Assembly: GCA_021513695.1 (NCBI GenBank)
Contig: CP084166.1
Location: forward strand, 3,008,001-3,072,000
Reading direction: 5' to 3'
Length of the DNA: 64,000 nt
Source of the DNA: Candidatus Heimdallarchaeum aukensis
Lineage (GTDB): Archaea > Asgardarchaeota > Heimdallarchaeia > Heimdallarchaeales > Heimdallarchaeaceae
Shown: positions 9,663-19,647 of the stretch, piece by piece
How positions within the stretch are numbered: position 1 is the stretch's first letter
Layout of the letters: each line of letters opens with the position of its first letter
Translations under genes and position numbers: made by a program
The notes under the pieces: model-generated
The model's database searches: none
Told to the model about the DNA's origin: nothing
Seen by the model: only the letters and a program-made list of their open reading frames with translations

Positions 9663-9974
9663 ATGGAAGAAGATTTGTGTCCAGTATGTGGTTTACCTCA
9701 AGACCTTTGTGTCTGTGAGGGGTTAGCAAAAGAAGTGCAGATAATTAGAGTTTATTTAGAAAAAAGAAGATACGGCAAGAACTATACGTGCATATCAGGG
9801 ATTGATCCAAAAGAAGTCGACTTGGGAAATTTAGCGAAAAAACTTAAGACCCAACTTGCTTGTGGAGGAACGTACAAAGATGGAAGAATTGAGTTGCAAG
9901 GAGATCATAGATTTAAAATAAAAGATTTACTTGTAAACGCAGGTTTTCCCGCGGAAAATATAGAAGTGCAGTAA
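9663..9974 (+). CDS. Translation initiation factor SUI1/eIF1 homolog (aSUI1) with an N-terminal zinc knuckle
   Basis: CPVCGLPQDLCVCE followed by RRYGKNYTCISG and ACGGTYKDGRIELQGDHR, which is the archaeal aSUI1 signature. Confidence 0.9.
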   Translation: MEEDLCPVCGLPQDLCVCEGLAKEVQIIRVYLEKRRYGKNYTCISGIDPKEVDLGNLAKKLKTQLACGGTYKDGRIELQGDHRFKIKDLLVNAGFPAENIEVQ

Positions 9975-10057
9975 GAAAGCTTTTTCTATTTTTTTATATC
10001 TTTATTAAAACTCTTAACCCATATTCTTAAATTAGTCTAAATTTTATTTTCTTAATA

Positions 10058-10309
10058 ATGAAGAAAAAAAAGAAAGAGAAAAAAGAAAAGCCAATGCGAG
10101 ATAGAGTGGAAGTTTGTCCGATTTGTTTTTCAATTGTAAAAAGATCTCCCCAAATCTTTGATGTCAACAGTACTTTTCACTGTACTAATAGTGATTGTGG
10201 ATGGAGTGGTTCTTTTGCTGTGGAAGTAGATATTAACGAGTATAAGCAATTTGTTAAGGATAGACAAAACAAAAATGAAAGTGATAAGAATAGTAGAGAT
10301 GAACCATAA
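10058..10309 (+). CDS. Small zinc-ribbon protein with a Lys-rich N-terminus
   Basis: CPICF...HCTNSDCGW is a putative four-Cys ribbon. No recognisable family. Confidence 0.35.
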   Translation: MKKKKKEKKEKPMRDRVEVCPICFSIVKRSPQIFDVNSTFHCTNSDCGWSGSFAVEVDINEYKQFVKDRQNKNESDKNSRDEP

Positions 10310-10351
10310 ATTTATTTGATAATATTGTATAAAGAGAGTAGTGAGATAAAA

Positions 10352-11188
10352 ATGGAAATAGCAATTGTTACTGATACAAGTAGAGCACTACCTTCCCAAT
10401 TATATAAATTATACAATGTCTATCCTTTAGGTTATTATTTAGAGGATTCTAAAGGAACGATCTTTGCAGAAAGAGTTAGTGCTCAAGAAGTTCAAACAGA
10501 TAAACTTCTAACAATTGCTGAAAAAGATAAGAATGCCCAACTTTACTCTCCGACTGTAAAGGACTTTGTAGAGTTATACACCTTTTTAGAGGAAGATTTT
10601 GATCATATAATTAGCTTTCATTCTTCGTTATTTACTCCAACTGTTTTTGAAAATGCTATACTTGCAAAAAAGGTAGTTTCTGATATAACAGTTGATGTTC
10701 TGGATACTTATTCTTTTGAGTCTTCCTCAGGATTGATTTTAAATCAGCTAGCTAAAAAAATTCAAGATGCAGAATCAATCAATGAAATAAGAAAAGAAAG
10801 TTTTTCTCTTCATGGTAGAATACATAGTCAATTATTAACAAAAAATGACCAATTCAACAAAATAGGATTAAGAAGAGTTACATTCCTTTCAAATATAAAA
10901 TCAGCTTTTGTTCCTTGGAATCTTTATTTGTTTAAACAAAGTAACTGGGATCTAGTCAAAAATTCTCGTTCAATAAAGACTCTACAATCAGAAATGGAAA
11001 CAAGACTAATCTCTCTTGAAAAATCCAAAGATTTGAAATTTTGTTATTATTCATCTTCAAAAAGACTGAACAAAGAAGTAAAAGAACTTCTAGAAAAATT
11101 GGATAATTTATATGTTGAAGAAACTCCTCAAACTTTAGTCGCCTATTTTCTCACTTCAGAATACTCAATGAATATTTCTGTTCTTTAA
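10352..11188 (+). CDS. Divergent DegV-family (fatty-acid-binding, FakB-like) protein
   Basis: MEIAIVTDTSRALP...YPLGYY...SPTVKDFVELY...HIISFHSS follows the DegV N-terminal pattern. The ORF track's TTG start at 10316 is unlikely; the ATG at 10352 is preferred. Confidence 0.5.
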   Translation: MEIAIVTDTSRALPSQLYKLYNVYPLGYYLEDSKGTIFAERVSAQEVQTDKLLTIAEKDKNAQLYSPTVKDFVELYTFLEEDFDHIISFHSSLFTPTVFENAILAKKVVSDITVDVLDTYSFESSSGLILNQLAKKIQDAESINEIRKESFSLHGRIHSQLLTKNDQFNKIGLRRVTFLSNIKSAFVPWNLYLFKQSNWDLVKNSRSIKTLQSEMETRLISLEKSKDLKFCYYSSSKRLNKEVKELLEKLDNLYVEETPQTLVAYFLTSEYSMNISVL

Positions 11189-11982
11189 CTCTCTTCTTTT
11201 ACTGTTTTTATTCTATAAAAATTTGAAACATTTTCTGTTGTAATATCTGCCAGTTTTTTTACATCCACTTTAATTAATTCTGCAGCTTTTTTTGTTGATA
11301 TTGCTATGGCAGAAGGTTCGTTTTTTTCTCCTTTTCTTAAGCTATGATATGGACTATCAGTTTCAAACATTAACTGAGTTTCCGGAATCAAAGACAAGAT
11401 TTTTTGGAAATTTTTTCTGTAAACTAAACTTGTTGGGACTGTAACAAACCAACCATTATCAACTACTCTTTCAATCTCATTTTCTGTTCCTGTAAAACAG
11501 TGCATTAAAACGTTTTCTAGATTATATGATTCAAGAATATTGATTGCATCTGTTTCTGCAGCTCTCGAATGGATTACAATTGGTTTGTTATTTTTATTTG
11601 CGAGTTCAATAAGACGTCTGAAGAAAACTTTCTGTTCTTTTCTTTTTTCTTCTTCTTTAACCCAATAGTAATCTAATCCAATTTCACCTATAGCTACTAT
11701 AAATTCTGAATTTTTTAATAAAAATTCTTCAATTTTCTTGAAGTTTTCTTCTTCTACTTCTGTTGGTTGCATTCCAATGGTTAGATGAGTCCCATAGTTT
11801 TTTGTTAAAAATACTCCGAATTCAAAGTGATGAGGGCTTAAAATACTATTTATAATTATTTCAACGTTATTTGATCTAGCTCTTTGAACAATTTCTGGTA
11901 TACTTTTTTTTGAGAAAAAAGGAGGGTAAAGGTGACAATGAGCATCTGCAAAAATTATTTTCTGATTTGACATATAATTCAC
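11185..11982 (-). CDS. tatD: TatD-family metal-dependent hydrolase / DNase
   Basis: FADAHCHLY N-terminal motif and TIM-barrel hydrolase features. Overlaps the upstream ArsA stop by 1 nt. Confidence 0.85.
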   Translation of the reverse strand: MNYMSNQKIIFADAHCHLYPPFFSKKSIPEIVQRARSNNVEIIINSILSPHHFEFGVFLTKNYGTHLTIGMQPTEVEEENFKKIEEFLLKNSEFIVAIGEIGLDYYWVKEEEKRKEQKVFFRRLIELANKNNKPIVIHSRAAETDAINILESYNLENVLMHCFTGTENEIERVVDNGWFVTVPTSLVYRKNFQKILSLIPETQLMFETDSPYHSLRKGEKNEPSAIAISTKKAAELIKVDVKKLADITTENVSNFYRIKTVKEES

Positions 11983-12959
11983 TATTTACAAATTATATCT
12001 TTTAGCTTCTTGAGCATCTTTATTCCGCGAATTTCTTGGTTGAAAGCTTCAACAGTAGTTACATCATGGTTTGGAAAAGCTTGTTTGATGTACTCTAAAT
12101 TAGCTAAATGCTCTTTTCTTCTATTCATACAGTAAGGACAACTTTTATTTTCTGGATTAATTTGATTGACAACTATTTCTTTATTCGGAATATAATGTTC
12201 TTTTAATTCTTCAAATAGTCGTTCTGACTCAAAAATAGACATAAGTGTAGGAATTCCAACAATTATAAATTGTGTCTTTTCATCATCCATTAGTGTTTCT
12301 CTGGCTATAAGTATCTTCTCTTTTAATTTTTCTAAGTTCTCTATTGTTCTATCTTTTTCTACATTTCCGCCAAAAAGAGATTTAATCATTGCCATTGTAT
12401 TAGAAATGAAGGTTTTCATTTTCAACATTCTACCAATAAAAGAATCTAAAAATTCTGGAATGTTGAGTAATCTCAATGTATGTCCTGTGGGCGCAGTGTC
12501 AAGTACAATCGTGTCGAATTCTTCATTATCCGCATACTCAAGGATTTTAGCAAAAGATAGAGCTTCATCCATTCCTGGTGGAGGGATTGATTTTAGATCT
12601 TGATCTATTCCCTTCATTGCTTCCATTCCTGGAATAGACATCAAACTAGAGAATTGATCTGCATCAAAGGAATCTCCTAATGCTTTTGTTAGTTCATCTC
12701 CTGATGATTCTGGGTTGATTTCTAAAGCGTACAATTCTCCTTTTACACCTTTAACTTTAGTTACAGTTCCAGATGAAAAATCCAAATCAAAAGAATCTGA
12801 AATGCTGTGTGCAGGGTCTGTTGAAACAAGTAAAGTTTTTTTACCTTTTTCAGCTAAAGCAATAGAAATTGCAGAAGCTATAGAAGTTTTCCCTACTCCT
12901 CCTTTTCCCCCTACCAAAATGAACTTTAGGTCCTTCTCTAATAAATCCTTGATAGTCAT
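11982..12959 (-). CDS. ArsA/Get3-family ATPase (archaeal Get3/TRC40 homolog)
   Basis: P-loop GGKGGVGKT, STDPAHS switch region, and the Get3-type CxxC motif (CPYC). Confidence 0.85.
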   Translation of the reverse strand: MTIKDLLEKDLKFILVGGKGGVGKTSIASAISIALAEKGKKTLLVSTDPAHSISDSFDLDFSSGTVTKVKGVKGELYALEINPESSGDELTKALGDSFDADQFSSLMSIPGMEAMKGIDQDLKSIPPPGMDEALSFAKILEYADNEEFDTIVLDTAPTGHTLRLLNIPEFLDSFIGRMLKMKTFISNTMAMIKSLFGGNVEKDRTIENLEKLKEKILIARETLMDDEKTQFIIVGIPTLMSIFESERLFEELKEHYIPNKEIVVNQINPENKSCPYCMNRRKEHLANLEYIKQAFPNHDVTTVEAFNQEIRGIKMLKKLKDIICK

Positions 12960-13073
12960 TAATATAGAAAAAAATCGACTCTTATTTAAAGATAAATATT
13001 AGTGATTAATAGAACTTTTAAGTAAAATAAAAAAAACTCTCGAAAAATAAAAATAGATAAAGAAAACAAATTT

Positions 13074-13838
13074 TTACTTTCTACGTTTTCTTTTCTTAAT
13101 TTTTCTTTTTTGTTCTTGTTTTGTTTTATGTGGTTTTTTAACCAATGGGGAAATCTTTCTTGAACTTCTTCTTCGTTTATGAACTTTCTGTATAGCGAAT
13201 AAATCTACAATGATTATAGTAGTGAATACTCCAACGATACCCAAGACAAAATAGAATAAGTTTAACCATTTTTCCGAGTCTATAACTTCTACATTTTCAG
13301 GTAATACGACATTTAACGAGTATCTTTGAGAATAAGACTTGTACATAACACTATTTTCATCATAGTATTTTATCTCTGTGGCTTCTAAGGTAAAGTTTCC
13401 TTCAAGTAAAGGTTGGATGTAATAAGTATAAACGAAGCTAGCATTTATTTCAACTTGTATATACTTTTGCTCTGTCAAATTAAAAGTTGAAACTGCCCAC
13501 TCTTCAAAGCTTGGTTCTGTAATAGAAAGATTATACGCTGTTCTGTTTCCAATATTGGTTATATTTAGGTCAATTCTAATCCATTGCAAAGGCTCAAGTT
13601 CAGTAACGTTAATTACCTTCTTTATAGCTAAAAGTGGTCTGCTAGGTAATGTATCATTAGTGTCATTTAATGCTAAATATGGTCGATAGTAATTTCTCTC
13701 TGGTTCCTGAATTTTTTGAATCTGGTCATTGTTGTTTATTACACTGTTGGAACCACTAATAAATGATGAATTTACAGCTAAAACTAACATCACAACTAAT
13801 ACAAATCGTAAATACTTTCTTCCGGGCATATGTTTCAT
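13074..13838 (-). CDS. Secreted or membrane-anchored protein with many N-glycosylation sequons, a C-terminal TM helix and a Lys/Arg-rich tail
   Basis: Signal-peptide-like N-terminus, multiple NxS/T sequons (NDTNDT, NVT, NITNIGNRT, NLS, NLT, NAS, NFT), and a C-terminal TM followed by KRRRSSRK...KKRKRRK. Confidence 0.45.
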   Translation of the reverse strand: MKHMPGRKYLRFVLVVMLVLAVNSSFISGSNSVINNNDQIQKIQEPERNYYRPYLALNDTNDTLPSRPLLAIKKVINVTELEPLQWIRIDLNITNIGNRTAYNLSITEPSFEEWAVSTFNLTEQKYIQVEINASFVYTYYIQPLLEGNFTLEATEIKYYDENSVMYKSYSQRYSLNVVLPENVEVIDSEKWLNLFYFVLGIVGVFTTIIIVDLFAIQKVHKRRRSSRKISPLVKKPHKTKQEQKRKIKKRKRRK

Positions 13839-14036
13839 TATCCTTTTATTGCTTATGGAGCATGAAATAATCTCGTTTAAATATTTTGCTCTTGGAACTA
13901 GAAATAAGCTAGCGCTTTATTTACTTATCGCCTATTTTTTTCCTTATATTTAGATGTTATTTTAAGAATTCTAGGTAACAATATTTTATGGTAAAAGAAC
14001 ATAGTAACAATTATAAAAAGGTGGATTTGTTTTAAA

Positions 14037-14936
14037 TTGAGAGCAATGACTGTTAAAATTCTATGTGATACTAGTGCAGATTTGAATCTTCCCACTGATC
14101 AAACAATCTATGACAAATATAACATTGGAACTTTTCCCATGCATGTTATTTTTGGAACGAATGATTATAGAGAATTAGTTGACATAAAAACTTCTGAATT
14201 CAGGAAAAAGATCTATGAAACAGATGTTCATCCCACCACTTCTCAACCAACACAATTTGATATCTTAACACAATTTGAGAAGTTTGGAAAAGACTACGAT
14301 GAAATCATATCATTTCATATCTCATCAAAATTAAGTGGGAGCTATGCTAATGCAAAAATAGCTAAAAAAATGTATGAGAAATCAAATAAAGAACATGCTA
14401 AAGTGTATTTAGTTGATAGTTTATTAGCTAGTTCAGCTTTTGGACTTGTAGTTATTAAAGCCGCTAAGTTAGCAGAAGAAGGTCTGTCTGGACAAGAAAT
14501 AGTTGATAAAATAAACGATTGGAAAAAAAATAATATAGTTGTTTATTTCACTGTAGAGAACTTAGAGTGGCTTTATCGCGGAGGTAGATTAAGTAAAACT
14601 AAGTACTATTTAGGTAGCATGTTAAACAAAAAACCAGTTTTAACATTAGTTGATGGAGAAATTGTGAGTGCAAAGACTGTTACAGGAATAGAAAAAACTT
14701 TTGATACTATAATTGACCTTGCCTTTAAACGCTTTCCAGAAGTTGAGCAGGAGAGAATAATGTACAATATTATCGAATTTGATTACAAAGATGTAGTAGA
14801 TGATGTAATTCAGAAAACGAAAAACAAGTATCCTAATGCTAAAGAAGGAAAAGTGTTTGAAATGGGAGGAACAATTGCAGCTCATACTGGTCCAAAAACT
14901 CTAGGGTTTATTGTTACCAAAGATTTTGAATTTTAA
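14037..14936 (+). CDS. DegV family protein (fatty-acid-binding, FakB-like)
   Basis: VKILCDTSADL...TSQPT...ISFHISSKLSGSY... are the classic DegV motifs. Confidence 0.85.
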   Translation: MRAMTVKILCDTSADLNLPTDQTIYDKYNIGTFPMHVIFGTNDYRELVDIKTSEFRKKIYETDVHPTTSQPTQFDILTQFEKFGKDYDEIISFHISSKLSGSYANAKIAKKMYEKSNKEHAKVYLVDSLLASSAFGLVVIKAAKLAEEGLSGQEIVDKINDWKKNNIVVYFTVENLEWLYRGGRLSKTKYYLGSMLNKKPVLTLVDGEIVSAKTVTGIEKTFDTIIDLAFKRFPEVEQERIMYNIIEFDYKDVVDDVIQKTKNKYPNAKEGKVFEMGGTIAAHTGPKTLGFIVTKDFEF

Positions 14937-15003
14937 TTTCTTTTTTTTCTTTTCTTTTTTGGAAAAAGATTTATTCAACACATTTTAAGTTAGTTTGAAA
15001 TAG

Positions 15004-15912
15004 ATGACAATAAAGATTTTGTGTGATACTTCAGCTGATCTTGTCTTACATCCAAATAAGCCACTGTATGACTCGCTAGGTGTTGGAATTCTTCCCATGA
15101 AAGTTTTTTTTGATGAGAATGATGTTTTTTTAGAGCAAAAAAATATTAGTAACATACAGTTTTATGAGTTAATAAGACTCTCCCAGACCCAACCTAAAAC
15201 CTCTCCTCCTTCAGCAGATGATATATTTAAAGAATTTCAAAGATATGGAAGAGAATATGATGAACTAATTTCTTTACATATTTCTAAAGATTTAAGTCAT
15301 ACATATTTTAACGCTGTTGAAGCAAAGAAGAGATACTTGAAAACTGAATCAAATCCAGCCAAAATAAATATAATTCATAGTGGTGTTGCAAGTTTAGCTC
15401 TGGGAAAACTTGTATTGAAAGCTGTTGAACTTAAAAATAAAGGTTTTGAAACTTCTGAAATTATAAAACAACTTTATTCTTGGAAAGAAAATAATGTTAA
15501 AGCAGCTTTTACTGTTAGAGATTTAAATTGGTTATATGAAGGAGGAAGACTTACAAGGTCACAGAAAACAATAGGTACAATATTAAATAAAAAACCTGTT
15601 CTTACTTTTGATCATGGAAAAATCAATGTAATTGGTTATTCAACAGGATTGGAAAGAACATTGAGATTTATGGTTAAATATCTCTTATCACAGATGGAGG
15701 AGGAGAAAATAAACAAACTTACCTTGTCTTTTATCACAGCACAGAATTTTGGTTTAATAGATGACTTCTCAAGAGTAATAAAGAAAGAATTTCCGAAAAT
15801 TAATTTAGGTCCTAAATTTGAGCTAGGTGCAACAATTACTAGCCATACAGGAATGGAGACAATAGGTTTTGTAATTTCAAGTAATCTTAAAATAGATCCT
15901 TTAATAAAATAA
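15004..15912 (+). CDS. DegV family protein (paralog 2)
   Basis: MTIKILCDTSADL...TSPPS...ISLHISKDLSHTY. Confidence 0.8.
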   Translation: MTIKILCDTSADLVLHPNKPLYDSLGVGILPMKVFFDENDVFLEQKNISNIQFYELIRLSQTQPKTSPPSADDIFKEFQRYGREYDELISLHISKDLSHTYFNAVEAKKRYLKTESNPAKINIIHSGVASLALGKLVLKAVELKNKGFETSEIIKQLYSWKENNVKAAFTVRDLNWLYEGGRLTRSQKTIGTILNKKPVLTFDHGKINVIGYSTGLERTLRFMVKYLLSQMEEEKINKLTLSFITAQNFGLIDDFSRVIKKEFPKINLGPKFELGATITSHTGMETIGFVISSNLKIDPLIK

Positions 15913-16035
15913 TTAACTTAACTTTAATGTTTTCTTACGTGTTGGCTATATTTGCCACTATAAAACAAGAATCTTTAAAGATTTTTTTCTTAAAAAAGAT
16001 TTAAAAAAAAGCGTTTTATATACAATTGAACACAA

Positions 16036-16926
16036 ATGACAGTAAAAATAATGACCGATAGTGCAGCAGATATTCCCGAATATCTCCTAAAGGAGTATGA
16101 TATCTCTACAGTCCCCACAGTAATCAGATTTGGTGATGATGTCTATTATGAAAACAAAGATTTGACTTTGGATCAATACTATGAACTATTTCATTCTCAT
16201 CCAGAACCACCTCAAACAGCTAATCCTACTTTAGCTGATGACTTTGAATTATACAAAAAACTAGGAGAAGAAGCTGATGAAGTGATAAATATTGTTATTT
16301 CTAGCGGTATTTCTGGTTCATTCAACACTTCTAATGCTGCTTTGAAAATGTATGAAAAGAGAGTAAAAGATGGTGCAAAAGTATATGTCTTTGATTCACA
16401 TTTTGCTACAATGGGTATAGGTGTCCAAGCTTTAAAGGCTTCAGAGATGGCTAAAGAAGGACATAATGCAGCTGAAATATTGGCAATGTTAGAAGAATAC
16501 AGAGACAAATTAGCTGTTGCTTTCACAGTAGATAATTTAAAGTATCTCCATAGAGGAGGAAGATTGTCAAAATCTAAATTTTGGATAGCCAAACTAGCTG
16601 ACTTACATCCTGTGATTACTTTTATTGATGGAAAAATGGAAGTTGAAAAGACTTCTAGAGGTTATGATAATGCAATGGAAAAAGCTTTTGATCTATCTTG
16701 GGAAAAAACGAATAAAGCTAAGAAATTCAATGCCTATATCTGTTATGGAGAAAATAAAGAACACGCTCTATACATGAGAGATTATATCCAAGATAAAGTA
16801 GATGCAGAATTTAATATCGAGATATATCAAGTAGGAGCAACAATAATTACCCATACAGGTCCAGAAGTAAGTGGAATACTGCTTGATCCTTATAATGAAA
16901 AACTCTATAAAGCATCAGAAAAATAG
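16036..16926 (+). CDS. DegV family protein (paralog 3)
   Basis: MTVKIMTDSAADIP...VISSGISGSF... Confidence 0.85.
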   Translation: MTVKIMTDSAADIPEYLLKEYDISTVPTVIRFGDDVYYENKDLTLDQYYELFHSHPEPPQTANPTLADDFELYKKLGEEADEVINIVISSGISGSFNTSNAALKMYEKRVKDGAKVYVFDSHFATMGIGVQALKASEMAKEGHNAAEILAMLEEYRDKLAVAFTVDNLKYLHRGGRLSKSKFWIAKLADLHPVITFIDGKMEVEKTSRGYDNAMEKAFDLSWEKTNKAKKFNAYICYGENKEHALYMRDYIQDKVDAEFNIEIYQVGATIITHTGPEVSGILLDPYNEKLYKASEK

Positions 16927-16927
16927 G

Positions 16928-17665
16928 ATGGATTGTATGATATCCTTTGATGCTTTTTTCTTTGACTTAGATGGGACTTTAATAGACTTTAATCCCAATA
17001 ATTTTGTAAAAATCTATTTAGGAGCTGCTGCAAAGTATTTTAAGGATTTGATACCTGATAGTGACTATTTTATTCAATCAATATTAGATTCAACAAATGT
17101 AATGGAAATGGCTGAAACTCCAAAGAAACTAGCTTTATACGACTTTTTTGATGATTTTTGTCAAAAGTTCGATCCTGAATGTTCAACTATAATTCAGAGA
17201 TTTAGAAATTTCTATAATGAAGGTTTTAATGTAGTAGAGAAAATTATAAGACCTATTCCTTACGCTGAAACTGTTCTTTCATTTATTAGAGACAATTATC
17301 CAAAAAGCAAAATTGTTCTAGCAACAAATCCGGTTTTTCCAGAAGTAGCTATTATTAAAAGATTGAACTGGGGGGGATTGTCAGAAAATCTTTTTGATTA
17401 CATTACCCATGCTGAAAATAGCTATTATTGTAAAGGTTCTTTAAATTATTGGATAGACTTAGCAAAAAAACTTGATGTGAAACCTGAGAAAACATTGGTT
17501 GTAGGAAATGATGGAGAACGTGATATGATTGCCAAAAAAGCTGGTTTCAAGACATTCTTTTTGACACAAACTGCTGAAAATGAGCACTCCATAGAGAAAT
17601 ACAAACCGGACTACAAAGGGAGCTTGGAATCACTATTAAATTTATTAAATGAAAAGAAAGACTAA
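16928..17665 (+). CDS. HAD-superfamily hydrolase
   Basis: FFFDLDGTL motif I, plus the downstream ATNP and GNDGERD motifs. The ORF track start at 16871 overlaps the upstream DegV; the ATG at 16928 or 16937 is more likely. Confidence 0.7.
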   Translation: MDCMISFDAFFFDLDGTLIDFNPNNFVKIYLGAAAKYFKDLIPDSDYFIQSILDSTNVMEMAETPKKLALYDFFDDFCQKFDPECSTIIQRFRNFYNEGFNVVEKIIRPIPYAETVLSFIRDNYPKSKIVLATNPVFPEVAIIKRLNWGGLSENLFDYITHAENSYYCKGSLNYWIDLAKKLDVKPEKTLVVGNDGERDMIAKKAGFKTFFLTQTAENEHSIEKYKPDYKGSLESLLNLLNEKKD

Positions 17666-17710
17666 TAAGTTGTAAAAATAGCTTTTTCTTAGTTTATAAA
17701 ATTATGATTG

Positions 17711-17783
17711 CATTCGCCTATGATGATGCAACGGTCTGCGATTCGAAAGAAAATGAACGCTGATGGGCGGGCTGAGGCGAATT
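17711..17783 (+). ncRNA. Candidate C/D box sRNA (2'-O-methylation guide)
   Basis: A terminal stem ttcgcc (17713-17718) / ggcgaa (17776-17781) encloses box C atgatga (17720-17726) just inside the 5' arm and box D ctga (17772-17775) just inside the 3' arm. An internal tgatgg is a possible C' box. The element is a GC-rich island in AT-rich intergenic DNA. Confidence 0.5.
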
Positions 17784-17839
17784 AAATATTTTCTTTAATT
17801 AAAAAAAGAAAGTAAATTGATTTTGTAAAAGAAATTTTC

Positions 17840-19543
17840 TTATTCTTTTACTGCTTTAATAACTTCTTTGTATTTGTAGAAGGCTAGTCTTTTGTGGCCA
17901 TTTTCTGCTACTAAACCGTTTAAATTAGCAGTAATAGTTCTATCCATCAAAGGATCACATATGAAACCAGTTATCTTCTGGTTATTTACCACTATTTCCA
18001 GCTGTCTAGCTAGGGTTCCTGCTTGAATTCTTTCTCCATACATCATAGGTGAAAAACTTGTTGAACTAATCCACACAGTCTTATTAGCTTGTACAGTTAT
18101 ATTCAGGTATTCATCGAAATTGAGGTCTCTATCTTGATAAACATAAATGTTGATTATTGCTAAATCAATAGTCGTAGAATTCCATAAATTATCGAACAAT
18201 CCGCTATCAATATCATCTAAGGTTACAGAAACTGCAACTTTTGTTTTATTAGAAAGTGAATGAATTAAGTTAGCAGTATTATTTATTGCTTGTGTCCAAT
18301 CGTTATTTGTTATAGTTTCTTCAGGATTCATGAAATAAGTTTGAAAAACAATTGGTTGAGGATAGATTACAAGATAATCTGGTTCATAATTTTCAACTAT
18401 CATTTGAGCCTCCATTTCTATTGTATTACTGTAATTTGCAAATGACTCATAGGGATAGCTCCATGTAGCATTTCCATAGGCAAAAAGAGCAATTTTCAAT
18501 CCTTCTGATTTAAGAGCATTGAGCATATTACCAAAAGATGTTTGATTTGCTAGAATAATATCAGTTAACACATCAATAGATACTGTATCTACTCCTAATT
18601 CTCTTATAAGATCAAGTTCTAGTGAAAAAATTTCTTCATAGTTTGATGGTAAAAAGGTTTGAAAGCTTCCAGTTCTAAGTGAAACAGCAAAACTAAAGTC
18701 TTCTCTTTGTATGTATGTTGGTTGATAATTTTTAGCAGTATATTGACTTAAAGATGATAGCACTCCCACTCCAATCATGCTAAATATTATTAAGAACAGG
18801 ACAATAAAAACAAAAATACCTTTTACTCCATTACTAAGAAAAGTCCCTATTCCTCTTTTTTCTTTCTTTTCTTGTTCTTTTTCTATTCTTTCAAGAAAAA
18901 CAGTACTTTTCTTTCTTGAAACTTTTTCTCCTTTTTTTTCTTGAGAAACAGCTTTTTTAGAAATTTGCTTCTTTTCTTCATCTACACTTTTTATTTTTCC
19001 TTTTTCAAAAAGATCAATAGGTATTGCTATCGGAATCAATATAAATAGTGGATACCAATAAGCTGTTCCTCCTGTAAAGAACAGAGCTTGAAGTAATCCA
19101 TATGAGATAGAAGGAATTGTTAATATCCAATTTAGAAAACGAGGAAGGTTTAATACGGTATAAGAAGCAATTACGTTTAATAATATTAGCGTTGAATATA
19201 AAGCCATAAAACTGAAAATTATTCCTCCCATACGCTTTAGAAAATCTGTTTCACTCTTGAAAATATAGACAGTAGCGATAATGTTGTTTACGCACAAGAA
19301 AAGAAAGCCAAAAAATCCAAGAAAGCCTGTAGACGGTAAATATAATCTTATGAACCATATAAAAGAAGATAGAGTTCCGATTGAAATCAATGCAGATGAG
19401 ATTAATGACCAAATAAACTGTTTATCTCTTTTCTTTCTTGAAAGATTCTTGTAAAGTGTTTTTACTACTATTACCATATTAAAAATAAATGCGAGAAATA
19501 TTAATACTATCGCACCATTTGTCCCAAGTAAAGCTGCCATCAT
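17840..19543 (-). CDS. Polytopic membrane protein with a large sequon-rich extracytoplasmic C-terminal domain (possible TIM-barrel glycosidase-like fold)
   Basis: About 6 N-terminal TM helices, a Lys/Glu-rich linker, another TM, then a ~320-aa domain with many NxS/T sequons. No confident family assignment. Confidence 0.45.
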   Translation of the reverse strand: MMAALLGTNGAIVLIFLAFIFNMVIVVKTLYKNLSRKKRDKQFIWSLISSALISIGTLSSFIWFIRLYLPSTGFLGFFGFLFLCVNNIIATVYIFKSETDFLKRMGGIIFSFMALYSTLILLNVIASYTVLNLPRFLNWILTIPSISYGLLQALFFTGGTAYWYPLFILIPIAIPIDLFEKGKIKSVDEEKKQISKKAVSQEKKGEKVSRKKSTVFLERIEKEQEKKEKRGIGTFLSNGVKGIFVFIVLFLIIFSMIGVGVLSSLSQYTAKNYQPTYIQREDFSFAVSLRTGSFQTFLPSNYEEIFSLELDLIRELGVDTVSIDVLTDIILANQTSFGNMLNALKSEGLKIALFAYGNATWSYPYESFANYSNTIEMEAQMIVENYEPDYLVIYPQPIVFQTYFMNPEETITNNDWTQAINNTANLIHSLSNKTKVAVSVTLDDIDSGLFDNLWNSTTIDLAIINIYVYQDRDLNFDEYLNITVQANKTVWISSTSFSPMMYGERIQAGTLARQLEIVVNNQKITGFICDPLMDRTITANLNGLVAENGHKRLAFYKYKEVIKAVKE

Positions 19544-19647
19544 TTTGTTTTTTGGTGGATATCTATTAAAATGTTGGGTTTTGCTTCATATTTAGCTTTT
19601 CAGAAAATTTTGGTGTTTAAATAATATGGTGACAGAGTACACTGAAA

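Noticed and set aside
13729-13953. 74-aa ORF overlapping the 5' end of the secreted glycoprotein gene
   Set aside because: It overlaps the better-supported minus-strand gene and its promoter region and has no features of its own.
17711-17783. tRNA gene, considered because of the GC-rich 73-nt island
   Set aside because: It has no cloverleaf: no D-loop GG, no T-loop GTTC, and no plausible anticodon stem. C/D box features fit better.
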